Both the position numbers and the translations under genes were made by a program. A model generated the notes under the pieces. It was not told the origin of the DNA and ran no database searches. It was given only the letters and a program-made list of their open reading frames with translations. A DNA stretch of 64,000 bases, from positions 1 through 64,000 of the forward strand of contig JBFMCO010000028.1 in the NCBI GenBank assembly GCA_040754495.1, in the 5' to 3' direction. Shown here piece by piece: positions 37,048-45,676 of the stretch. Origin of the DNA: Candidatus Micrarchaeota archaeon. Its GTDB lineage: Archaea; Micrarchaeota; Micrarchaeia; Anstonellales; Bilamarchaeaceae. How positions within the stretch are numbered: position 1 is the first letter of the stretch; each line of letters begins with the position of its first letter.

Positions 37048-37604
37048 AGCGAGCGGATTATCTCCATCAGCCTCTCATACTTCGTGAAGCCGGCGCCCTC
37101 GTTTATGTGGCCCGCGCCGGGCTCGGTTATGAGTTTTGCGTTCAGGAGCTTTGCCATCCTCTGTCCCTCTGAAAGCTCTATGTAAGGGTCGTTGTCCGAG
37201 CTTATCACGATGAATTTGTCCGCCTTTTCCCGTATCCTCTTCCAGTCGAAATCCCTGTCGACGAAATTTCTTATCTCACGTATGCCCAGGTCCTTGGCGA
37301 AGCCCGCGACCATTATTACCGCCTTTGCCTTCTCGCCCGGCCCGAAGCTCTCGAGCAACCGGAGGATGGCCGGGCCGCCGAGGCTGTGGCTTATCAGCAC
37401 CCATCCGTCTTCAGGGCGGAACTCCGGGACAATGCTCCGCGCCGTGGCGAGCCAGGCTTCGAGTTTAGGGTTCTGGGTTTCGGGAAAGTCAGGACTCAGA
37501 ACCTCATAACCCAAAACCCGCAGCTCGTCCTGCAGCCAGCCGCTCCAGCAGCTTCGCCCATCGCCGCCCCAGCAGTGGAAGAGGAAGAACTTCATCCCAA
37601 TCAC
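37044..37604 (-). CDS. RBBP9/YdeN-family alpha/beta hydrolase
   Basis: FHCWGG, W.GWL, SHSLGG nucleophile elbow, SDNDPY, AGHIN. Confidence 0.92.
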   Translation of the reverse strand: MIGMKFFLFHCWGGDGRSCWSGWLQDELRVLGYEVLSPDFPETQNPKLEAWLATARSIVPEFRPEDGWVLISHSLGGPAILRLLESFGPGEKAKAVIMVAGFAKDLGIREIRNFVDRDFDWKRIREKADKFIVISSDNDPYIELSEGQRMAKLLNAKLITEPGAGHINEGAGFTKYERLMEIIRSL

Positions 37605-37951
37605 AACAGCTTCAGCTTCCCGAAAACCGCGTCCAGCTCAGACTCGTCCCACGGCCCGGCCGCGAAGCACGTGATGGTGCCCGGCTCGAGCTGGGTGTGC
37701 CCGGCGTCCCGTATCAGCTCGCACGGGATGCCTGCCGCCTTCCCCTTGTTGTAGAATTCGAGCAGCTCCTCCTCGCTCTGGACCTTGAGGACGACTTTCA
37801 TCTGGCCTTCCATCTCCCAGGCGCGGGTGATTTCAGGATTGGATTTGGCGACGCGCTTGTAGGCGGAAAGCGACGCGTGACTGGACTGGGCGGCGAGCTT
37901 CCCCTTCCCCATGCCCAAATCCGCGCGCACCACAATAGTCTGCTTGAACAT
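37601..37951 (-). CDS. pth2: Peptidyl-tRNA hydrolase Pth2
   Basis: KQTIVVRADLGMGKGKLAAQSSHA, IRDAGHTQLEPGTIT. Confidence 0.96.
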   Translation of the reverse strand: MFKQTIVVRADLGMGKGKLAAQSSHASLSAYKRVAKSNPEITRAWEMEGQMKVVLKVQSEEELLEFYNKGKAAGIPCELIRDAGHTQLEPGTITCFAAGPWDESELDAVFGKLKLL

Positions 37952-37991
37952 CGCAATCAGATGGCAGGGAAAACTTAAAATGAGCAGGCTT

Positions 37992-38660
37992 TCAGCCGGC
38001 GCTCCTCGCTTCGGCGGATGAGGCTGCGGGAGCGGCAGCAGGCGGCTTCGACGTCCTCGCTTTCGATAGGTCCACGAGATTGTCCGGGACGTCCTCGTGG
38101 ATGCCGGCCGGCCTCAGCATGTGTGCAAGGCGGAGGAGGCCCTCCGCACTCTGCGGGGCGCGCATGAGGTCGGCGGACGAGTACCTGCCTTCGCTGATTA
38201 TGTAGGTCCTTATCGTCGCCGGCTCGTACCAGATAACCGGCTCGCCGTTCGAGTCGAACCGGCATCTGGCCTCGTACCGCTCGAACTCCGGGACGCCAGT
38301 GACAGGAACGCTTCTCAGCGTAAGGTCGAAGCCCATCCCGGCCACTCTGTGGTGCAGGTCCTCGTCTATCGTCCTGTCCGTGGTCAGGAACTCGAGCCTT
38401 GCCGCCACCTTGAGCCCCCCGTGGAACTCGTCGACGACCTCGATTGTCGCCCCGAAGAGCTCCCTGAGCTTGCTCCGCGCGTCCGTGAAGCGTGCGTAGC
38501 TGTCGAAGAAATTCCTGCGGAAGAGCGATGAGAATACGGAGCGCACCTCGTCATCAGGAAGAACCCGGATTCCTTCCGGCAGGGGCTCGGCTTTCTTGAA
38601 GCTGCTGCCGTCGCCGGAAAGGCGTACGCCTGCCCTTTGCGCTGGAAGGTTCCGCATCAT
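37992..38660 (-). CDS. Hypothetical protein
   Basis: ORF from MMRNLPAQR with typical codon usage. Confidence 0.6.
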   Translation of the reverse strand: MMRNLPAQRAGVRLSGDGSSFKKAEPLPEGIRVLPDDEVRSVFSSLFRRNFFDSYARFTDARSKLRELFGATIEVVDEFHGGLKVAARLEFLTTDRTIDEDLHHRVAGMGFDLTLRSVPVTGVPEFERYEARCRFDSNGEPVIWYEPATIRTYIISEGRYSSADLMRAPQSAEGLLRLAHMLRPAGIHEDVPDNLVDLSKARTSKPPAAAPAASSAEARSAG

Positions 38661-38719
38661 GGTCACCTGTGTATTTCCGCACAAAGAAGACTTATAAAGG
38701 TCTGTCACAAAAACAGAGC

Positions 38720-39133
38720 ATGCTCCCTGAGAGCGAAATCGTGCTCCGCATGGTGGCCGCGACCATCATCGGCCTGCTTGTGGGATTCTCCAGGCGCCAG
38801 AAAGTCGCGGGCGTGCGGACTTTCGCGCTCTTCTGCCTGGGCTGCGCCATATTCACCCTCATCTCGATAAGCGACATTTTCGGGCCGATGACTGACCAGA
38901 CGAGGATACTCGGCCAGGTGGTAACCGGCATCGGCTTCCTCGGGCTCGGCGTCATCTGGAAGCAGGGAGTGAAACCCACTGGCCTCACCACCGCCGCGGC
39001 GATATGGGTGACTGCGGCAATCGGGATGCTCATCGGCCTCGGATTGTGGGTTGAGGTAGTGGTCGCTACAGTACTGACGCTCTTCCTCGTCTATTCCAAA
39101 GGGCTGCTCTCACGGATGGGCATCTCGGACTAG
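38720..39133 (+). CDS. MgtC/SapB-family membrane protein
   Basis: AGVRTF, RILGQVVTGIGFLGLGVI, GLTTAAAIWVTAAIG. Confidence 0.92.
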   Translation: MLPESEIVLRMVAATIIGLLVGFSRRQKVAGVRTFALFCLGCAIFTLISISDIFGPMTDQTRILGQVVTGIGFLGLGVIWKQGVKPTGLTTAAAIWVTAAIGMLIGLGLWVEVVVATVLTLFLVYSKGLLSRMGISD

Positions 39134-39215
39134 ATTAGCGGCATCCGGTTTCGTGTCGGGTGCATGGTTTTCGGAGTTGAGCCGGGAGGAGGGGCCGGAC
39201 CTCAGGAAGTTTGAT

Positions 39216-39270
39216 GACCGGGCGAAGCGCAAAGCGCTTCGCTGGTCCCTTGGACGATGCGTCGTCCAAG
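39216..39270. terminator. Two strong hairpins between convergent genes
   Basis: GCGAAGCGC-AAA-GCGCTTCGC and CTTGGACGA-TGCG-TCGTCCAAG. Confidence 0.5.
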
Positions 39271-39295
39271 TGGAAAATTTAACCGGAGCACGGAC

Positions 39296-41857
39296 TTAGG
39301 AGATTTTCCAGTACTTCTTGTTCTTCACGAAGTTCTTCTGCGCTTCTATGAGGTCCAGATAGAACGCCTCCTCGCTCCGGTGGAGGCGCCGGAGGACGCG
39401 GTCGGCCGTGGCCGGCCCTATCCCGTATGTGGAGAGCGCGATGAGCGCTTTTTTGCCGTACGTGCGGATGAGGCCTGCCGAGTATTCGAGGTCATGCGTA
39501 GCCTCCCCCTCCCGGCCGAGCAGCGCGAGGGACATCTGGCCGCACTTGTGGCATTTCACGCTCTCCGGGGCGCCTGCAAGGTGGAGGAAACGGGTGGCGC
39601 CGCAGCTTACGCATCTGAGCTGGAGCGTTTTCGTAAGAGCATGCTCCTTGAACGTGGAGACCATGCGCTCGCGCGGCTCGAATCCTCCGACGGCTTCCGC
39701 GCCGGATATGCGCGCAAGGCCTATTGCCGCGAAGAAGCTCGGCTTCTTCCTGACATCGAAGGCGAGGCGCGTCCTGCCGGCACGGACATCCCCGAGCAGC
39801 TTCTCCAAGCCCTCGGTGTCGAAGTAGCGGAAGAAGATTGAGCGCATAGCCTCCTCGTACACGACCGAGTGCCGCATGGCGCTCAGGAAGCGCCCGCTCA
39901 CGCTCGCATCCTCAGAGAGCAGGCCGAACATGCGCCCGACATGCAGGAACTTGAAACGCAGGAGGGCGGAATTCTCAAGGGCCTCCTCGAGATGGGCGCG
40001 CACATTGCGCAGCTCGCGGAACGCGCGCTCCACTGTGTCCTGCTTCAGGGGAAACGGCAGCTTCACCATGACGCGGTAGGGATCCGCGACGGCTATCACG
40101 CTCTCGCCTATCAGCCCCGAGAGCTTTTTGGAGAATATGCGCGAGAGGCATTCGTTTATCCTCGTGCCGGTGCAGGAGTGTATCACCACGATGTCGTCTA
40201 TCATCTCCACGACCATGGTCCGCTCGTCTGGCAGTGGCGAGACGTCTTTCTTCGCGGCCCGCATCCGGCCGACATGCTGGGCGACTTCCAATGAGACTGG
40301 TATGTCCTCGCCGGCCCAGGAAGGCACCATTATGTCCGTGCCGCCGCCCGGCTCGGCCAGCACCTCGCTCCCGGTTATGTCGATTACGTGCCAGGGCATG
40401 CCGTGCGAGAGGAAGCTCGAGCCTTCTGCCAGGCTGACCACGAACTCCTCGTCCAGGCTCGAGATGACGCGGTTGGTGGTTATGTCCTTCATGAGGAACC
40501 GCTTCGTTTTTGGAATCGTGCTCAGGAAGGACGAATAGTACTGGCGCGCCCGGCTCTTCGCCCTGATGCTCACCCTGTGGGCGTCCTCGTCGTAGAATAC
40601 AAGGCCCTCCGCATAGAGCTGCAGCGCGACCATGCGCAGCTTGTCGTACGTGATGCCGTACGCATAGGAGCGGGAGAGGATGGAGTGCGCCTTCATCAGG
40701 TCCATCCTGCCCAAATCGAGGCAGAGGCCGACAAGCTGGTGCGCGATTACGTCCAGGGCGCCGCGCTCTGCCCGCTTGTCCTCCATCCATCCGTTGCGGG
40801 CAAGGACTGCGATGACCTCGCTTTCCAGCATGTCGTCGAAATCAGAGGGGAACACGATTCCTTTCGGCGTCTTGCCGAGGCTGTGGCCGGAGCGGCCGAC
40901 GCGCTGGAGGAGGCGGAAGACCTGGTGCGGGGAGCCGTACTGCATGATGAGGGACACGTCGCCTATGTCTATCCCGAGCTCGAGGGACGAGGTGCAGAGT
41001 ATTGAGTTCAGCTTTCCGCTCTTGAATTCGTCCTCGGCCGACTGGCGCACGTCCTTTGCGAGCGAGCCGTGGTGGACGCCGATGGGGGCGCCGAGCTTCC
41101 TCAGGGACGCCCCGAGCTCCTCGGCCGTGCTGCGGGTGTTCACGAATATGAGGGAGCGGTTCCTGGCTGAGAGCTCGCTGATGCGTTCGAGCTTCCTGCC
41201 CTCATGCTCGACCGAGACGTCCATAGGCCGGTTCCTGCCGCTCTCGCAGACCACGTGGGCGCGCTCGCCGAAGAGGAGCTTCGCGGCCTCGCTCTCGTTG
41301 GCCACCGTCGCGGTGAGGCCGATGCGCTGGAACGACGCCAGCTCCGAGAAGCGCTCGAGGCCCATCGAGAGCTGCGCACCGCGCTTGTTGTCGAGGATGT
41401 CGTGCACCTCGTCCACTATCACGAACTCCACGGTGGCAAGGTGCTTCCGCATAATCCTGCCGAGCATGAGGGCCTGTAGCGACTCCACGGTCGTGAGCAG
41501 GATGCGGGGCGGGCTCCTGCGGTGCTTCGCCCGCTCGGCCATTGTCGTGTCGCCGGTGCGGATATCGTGGCTTATCTCCAGCCGCTCGCACCACCAGCCA
41601 AAGCGCTCCTTGAGGTCTCGCGAAAGGGCGCGCAGCGGGGTGATGTAGAGCGCCTTTATTCCAGGCTCCCGGTTCCCTGCATCCAGCCCTGCCTTTATCT
41701 TCTCCAGTACCGGGAGCAGCGCGCTCTCGGTCTTGCCTGAGCCCGTAGGGGCAAGTATAAGGACGTTCTCGCCGGCAAGCAGCCTGGGTATGGCGAGTTT
41801 CTGGATGGGGGTAAGCTCTCCGAACCGTTCCCTGACCAATTCGACTACCGTAGGCAT
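39296..41857 (-). CDS. lhr: Lhr-like DEAD/DEAH helicase
   Basis: APTGSGKT, IRTGDT, TTVESL, DEVH, HHGSL, SSLELGIDIG, QRVGRSGH; C-terminal CxxC Zn sites. Confidence 0.93.
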   Translation of the reverse strand: MPTVVELVRERFGELTPIQKLAIPRLLAGENVLILAPTGSGKTESALLPVLEKIKAGLDAGNREPGIKALYITPLRALSRDLKERFGWWCERLEISHDIRTGDTTMAERAKHRRSPPRILLTTVESLQALMLGRIMRKHLATVEFVIVDEVHDILDNKRGAQLSMGLERFSELASFQRIGLTATVANESEAAKLLFGERAHVVCESGRNRPMDVSVEHEGRKLERISELSARNRSLIFVNTRSTAEELGASLRKLGAPIGVHHGSLAKDVRQSAEDEFKSGKLNSILCTSSLELGIDIGDVSLIMQYGSPHQVFRLLQRVGRSGHSLGKTPKGIVFPSDFDDMLESEVIAVLARNGWMEDKRAERGALDVIAHQLVGLCLDLGRMDLMKAHSILSRSYAYGITYDKLRMVALQLYAEGLVFYDEDAHRVSIRAKSRARQYYSSFLSTIPKTKRFLMKDITTNRVISSLDEEFVVSLAEGSSFLSHGMPWHVIDITGSEVLAEPGGGTDIMVPSWAGEDIPVSLEVAQHVGRMRAAKKDVSPLPDERTMVVEMIDDIVVIHSCTGTRINECLSRIFSKKLSGLIGESVIAVADPYRVMVKLPFPLKQDTVERAFRELRNVRAHLEEALENSALLRFKFLHVGRMFGLLSEDASVSGRFLSAMRHSVVYEEAMRSIFFRYFDTEGLEKLLGDVRAGRTRLAFDVRKKPSFFAAIGLARISGAEAVGGFEPRERMVSTFKEHALTKTLQLRCVSCGATRFLHLAGAPESVKCHKCGQMSLALLGREGEATHDLEYSAGLIRTYGKKALIALSTYGIGPATADRVLRRLHRSEEAFYLDLIEAQKNFVKNKKYWKIS

Positions 41858-41900
41858 GGCTGACCTTGATTAGCACGGAGCATGATAAAAAACGAACCTG

Positions 41901-42161
41901 CTAGAGCCGTATCTCGAAGACGCCGCGCTCGGGGCTATCTTCGGGCGGCTTCCTCTCCTGCTTCCTCTGCCACTCTTCATAGCGGCGCCAGGTCTCCTCA
42001 TCGGCGCCGTCCTCCACAGTGGGCTGCGGACGCCTGTCAGGCTCCTGCTTTTGCTTCCTGCGGTCGATAAGCGGGATTATGTATGCAGGGGGAACCCATG
42101 ACGGCACCGGAAGCTGGGTAACCGCTTTCTGGCTTCTCTGTTGCCCGAACTGCAGCTTCAT
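41901..42161 (-). CDS. Small hypothetical protein
   Basis: 86 aa, AT-rich promoter upstream. Confidence 0.55.
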   Translation of the reverse strand: MKLQFGQQRSQKAVTQLPVPSWVPPAYIIPLIDRRKQKQEPDRRPQPTVEDGADEETWRRYEEWQRKQERKPPEDSPERGVFEIRL

Positions 42162-42463
42162 GACTCTATTGTGCCTGACACTGTTTTTAAACTTATGTCA
42201 CACAAAATGGAAGATTTTCCAGCCGGGGCTTTTATAGCGGAGTAAATTTGGCCAGTGATTTGGAAAATTTACATGTCCAGGCACAATAAATGGCCGATTC
42301 TTGGAAAAATTTTACAGCAAAGCGCCGTTCCGGCCTTGCGGCAGCGTGAATACATTTTATATTCACGACGATTTTATTTAGTTGAGAGGGTTTTGAAGCG
42401 ATTGAAGAAGGGCAGTGGATGGGGATGCAAAACCCCACTATGAAATGCTGAAGAGGGTTTTGA

Positions 42464-43360
42464 ATGGATGAGAAGGAACTGGACAGCTTCAGGCAGGCTG
42501 GAAAAATCGCGTCCAAGATACGGGAGGACAGCAAGCGCCTGATAATGGTGGGGGAATCCCTGCTGGACATAGCCGAGACCGTGGAGAAGATGATAGACGA
42601 GGAGGGGGCGAAGCCGGCCTTCCCCGTGAACATCTCGGTCAACGACATCGCCGCGCACTACACCCCGGAATTCGAATCCGCAGCTTCGCTCGGAGAAAAA
42701 GACCTCGTGAAGGTGGACCTGGGGATAGAGGTCAACGGGGCCCTCTCGGACACCGCATATACGGTTGACCTGGACGGCTCGAACGAAAAGCTTGTGCTGG
42801 CATCATCCGTTGCGCTCGAAAACGCCATAAAGGCCATCCGGCCGGGCGTCGCGGTGGGCGATGTTGGCGGGACAATCGAGCAGACGATAAAAGGATACGG
42901 GTTCAACCCGATTTCCAACCTGTCCGGGCACATGATAAAATCGAACGAGCTCCATGCGGGAGTGGAGATACCGAACATAAAGACGAACGACCCGTACCGC
43001 TTCGTCGCCGGGGACATATTCGCGGTCGAGCCTTTCGCGACGACCGGGAGCGGGTACGTTGAGGATTTGGAGCAGGTGGAGATATTCTCGCTCTACATGC
43101 CCTCCAAGATAAGGATGAGGCAGTCGCGCAAGATTGTCGAGCACGTGCTGCAGAACTACGGGATGCTGCCTTTTGCTGAGAGATGGGTGCGCAAGAGCTT
43201 CCAGTCAAAGCTCCTTGTCAGCGCCGCGCTCAAAGAGCTGCTGCAGAACCACTTCATCCGGGGCTACCCGGTCCTGCGCGAGGTGTCGCGCGGGCTTGTC
43301 TCGCAGACCGAGCACACGATACTGGTGACCGAAAGCGGGTGCGACGTCCTGACAAGATGA
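42464..43360 (+). CDS. map: Methionine aminopeptidase type II
   Basis: AFPVNISVNDIAAHY, VDLG, SDTA, LSGH, AVEPFAT, QTEHT. Confidence 0.96.
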   Translation: MDEKELDSFRQAGKIASKIREDSKRLIMVGESLLDIAETVEKMIDEEGAKPAFPVNISVNDIAAHYTPEFESAASLGEKDLVKVDLGIEVNGALSDTAYTVDLDGSNEKLVLASSVALENAIKAIRPGVAVGDVGGTIEQTIKGYGFNPISNLSGHMIKSNELHAGVEIPNIKTNDPYRFVAGDIFAVEPFATTGSGYVEDLEQVEIFSLYMPSKIRMRQSRKIVEHVLQNYGMLPFAERWVRKSFQSKLLVSAALKELLQNHFIRGYPVLREVSRGLVSQTEHTILVTESGCDVLTR

Positions 43361-44097
43361 CTATTTCAGCGAGACAAGAACCATGCTGCCCCGCTCCCTG
43401 ACGCTCTCGTCCAGCGCCGGATAGGCAGCCGGCTGATAGGCGGCCGGGTCGGGAAAGAACATGGCTGCGGGCGGAAAGTGCAGATGCTCAAGCGTTAGGC
43501 CGGCGCGATCAAGGAACCCGAGCAGCTCGCTATTGCCCCTTGGCCTCCGGGGCGAGAACGCCTCGTTCAATCCCATGCCCGGGATATTGCTGACCACCAG
43601 CCTCCCCCGGGCCTCAGGAACGGGAGGAGGCATGAGAGCGTCCTGCGATAATCCACGTAGTTCAGGATGTCGACCATGATGAACGTGTCGAAGAGCGGAG
43701 GGCCCGTGCGTATGTCAGCGCCGATATGGCGGGCAAGGAGGGCAAGCTTCTTTTTCTGCGAAAACGCGTCCGGCTCCGGGTGCTCTATGTCGGCCTGCAG
43801 CTCGAGGACGTTCCCGCTGAGACTGTAAGGGTACGGCATGCCGATGTCCACGCGTACTACGCGCTTGCCCTCGGACGGATAGTAGAGGGGGCGGGCCTTG
43901 CCATTCCGGCCGGCCACGCTGCCGCTCCCCAAATCCAGCAGGCGCTCGCCTAGCGTCCCCCTGAGCTGCATCCGGTCGAGAAGGGGCCGGACCTGGGCGT
44001 ATTTGAAGTCAGGGGCATATCCGGAGCCCCACTGGCCCTTCCAGAATTCCCGCCTCGCCTCTCCTTCGCCCTCGATGCGGCGGATTGCGGCGCGCAT
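43361..44097 (-). pseudogene. Class I SAM-dependent methyltransferase-like gene split by a 1-nt frameshift
   Basis: LLDLGSGS, RVDI, DTFIMVDILNY...LRPGG continues as GRLVVSN in another frame at the C5 run 43604-43608. Confidence 0.65.
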
Positions 44098-44098
44098 G

Positions 44099-44614
44099 TC
44101 ACATCTTCCCGGTCCGGCCCGCGAACGCGTACGCGCGGTCCAGGTCGTTGAACTGGCGGTGCCGGTCCTTATCATCTTCAGGGCCCTTTTCCTCCTGCTG
44201 CTGGCAGAACTCTGCCAGGAGCATGGGCGTGTCCTCTTCAAGGAGCCGTTCCCTCCCTACTACCCGGTTGCCCCTAAGAAAACGGAACTCCGCGGACTCA
44301 CGGACGATGACGAAGGCGCTGCCTTTCACGAGGTCGTTGCACCGCTCCGATTTGCGAAAGCCGTAGAAAGTGGAAAGCTGGCGGCTGATGGATTCCCGAA
44401 TTGCCTCGCCGCCGCGGATTTCACCGGACACGAGTGGCAGCCTGGAGGAGAATTCATCGCTGAATACCACCCTGCACGACTCGCTGGTTTCGCATGCATG
44501 TGCCCTTATTGAGGAATGGAGGACCGTGCCCGTAGCGATTGGCGGGGGGGCCTGGCGGCCCGCGCACGAGGATAGCGCCAAGGCGGATGCCACGGCAAGT
44601 TTCCTGAGATGCAT
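44099..44614 (-). CDS. Putative lipoprotein
   Basis: MHLRKLAVASALALSSC lipobox-like N-terminus. Confidence 0.6.
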   Translation of the reverse strand: MHLRKLAVASALALSSCAGRQAPPPIATGTVLHSSIRAHACETSESCRVVFSDEFSSRLPLVSGEIRGGEAIRESISRQLSTFYGFRKSERCNDLVKGSAFVIVRESAEFRFLRGNRVVGRERLLEEDTPMLLAEFCQQQEEKGPEDDKDRHRQFNDLDRAYAFAGRTGKM

Positions 44615-44691
44615 GGGTCCTTATTTGCACAAATGTATTTTTAATACCACACACATCAAATTATAGAAATGCTAGGTAAAGACTAGCTCAA

Positions 44692-44800
44692 GGGCCCGTG
44701 TGGCAACCTGGATAACCGGCAGGGCTTCGGATGCCTTTGACCGATTGCGGTCTTTTGCTGGAGCCACCCTGAGATGCGGGTTCAAATCCCGTCGGGCCCG
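44692..44800 (+). tRNA. tRNA-Arg(TCG) with 35-nt intron at 37/38 (44731-44765)
   Basis: GGGCCCG/CGGGCCC acceptor, CAGGG/CCCTG stem, CT TCG G|...|A loop, BHB CTTC/GGAG, GTTCAAATC T-loop. Confidence 0.88.
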
Positions 44801-44847
44801 TTTTTGTCAACTTCGCTCGCTTACGCTCGCGGTTGACAGGCATTGCT

Positions 44848-45672
44848 TCAGGACAGGAATTGCTTCTGGACCGGCCTCAGGGCAGGATACATATCGGCAA
44901 GCGCGGCTACTGCCTCCTCCATGGGCCCGGACAGGTAGTGGCCGCTCGCGCACCCGAGGGCTAAATCGCTGATGATGGCGCCGTAGCGCTCCTGCGCGTC
45001 GCTCTCGCGGGCTTCTCCGGCATCTATGTCCCTGAGCAGTTTCCTGGCCTCGTTGCCGGCACGCAGGAGGCTGAGGAAACAGAGCACCTCCGGGTCCTCG
45101 AAGATAGTAAGCCCGGACATTCCCGGATGGGCGCCGTGCACCGTGAAGCTGGAGACGCCGGAGCCGCCCATCACTGCAAGAGCCGAGAACTTAGAGCCGT
45201 CCGGCGCCTCGACCGTGGAGAGATAAGCCGGGTGCCCGAATTCGCGCAGCATCGCGGCAGCCAGAAGGCTGGATTCCTCCATCACGCTTACGGTGATTAT
45301 CCTGGGGCCGCTCTCCTCCTTGGAATGTGCAAGCAGCACCTCCGGCCGCATCGGCTTCCTGGTCTGGTGCACGTGGGTGCGGGCCGCGCGTATCATGGCC
45401 GCGCCCCCTTCACGCATCAGCGGGAGGCCGAGGCTTATGACAAGCATGGCGTCATCAGGCCCGGCAGGCATTGCCCCCGGGGCCGCATGGTCCACGAGCC
45501 TGGCGACTTCATCCCCTCCCTTGTAGGGACATATGGCGGCTGCGTCCAGGCGGCTCGATTTGAGGGCCTGCTCCAGCATCGGGTCCTGCAGGCGCTCGCC
45601 CAGCCGGAGGAGAGGCCCCTTGCTGCTGCGCGGCGGGCGGAGAGGCGGGTTGAACGTGTAGGTGTGGGGCAT
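44848..45672 (-). CDS. Hypothetical protein, paralog of the C-terminal half of 45677-47233
   Basis: EESSLLAAAMLREFGHPAY...HPGM matches FEQYMLAAAALRIRGIMAY...HPDM. Confidence 0.65.
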   Translation of the reverse strand: MPHTYTFNPPLRPPRSSKGPLLRLGERLQDPMLEQALKSSRLDAAAICPYKGGDEVARLVDHAAPGAMPAGPDDAMLVISLGLPLMREGGAAMIRAARTHVHQTRKPMRPEVLLAHSKEESGPRIITVSVMEESSLLAAAMLREFGHPAYLSTVEAPDGSKFSALAVMGGSGVSSFTVHGAHPGMSGLTIFEDPEVLCFLSLLRAGNEARKLLRDIDAGEARESDAQERYGAIISDLALGCASGHYLSGPMEEAVAALADMYPALRPVQKQFLS

Positions 45673-45676
45673 GGAA

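Noticed and set aside
37992-38660. MRNLPAQR N-terminus as a member of the MTGPA group
   Set aside because: Only PAQR matches; lacks MTG and shares no domain
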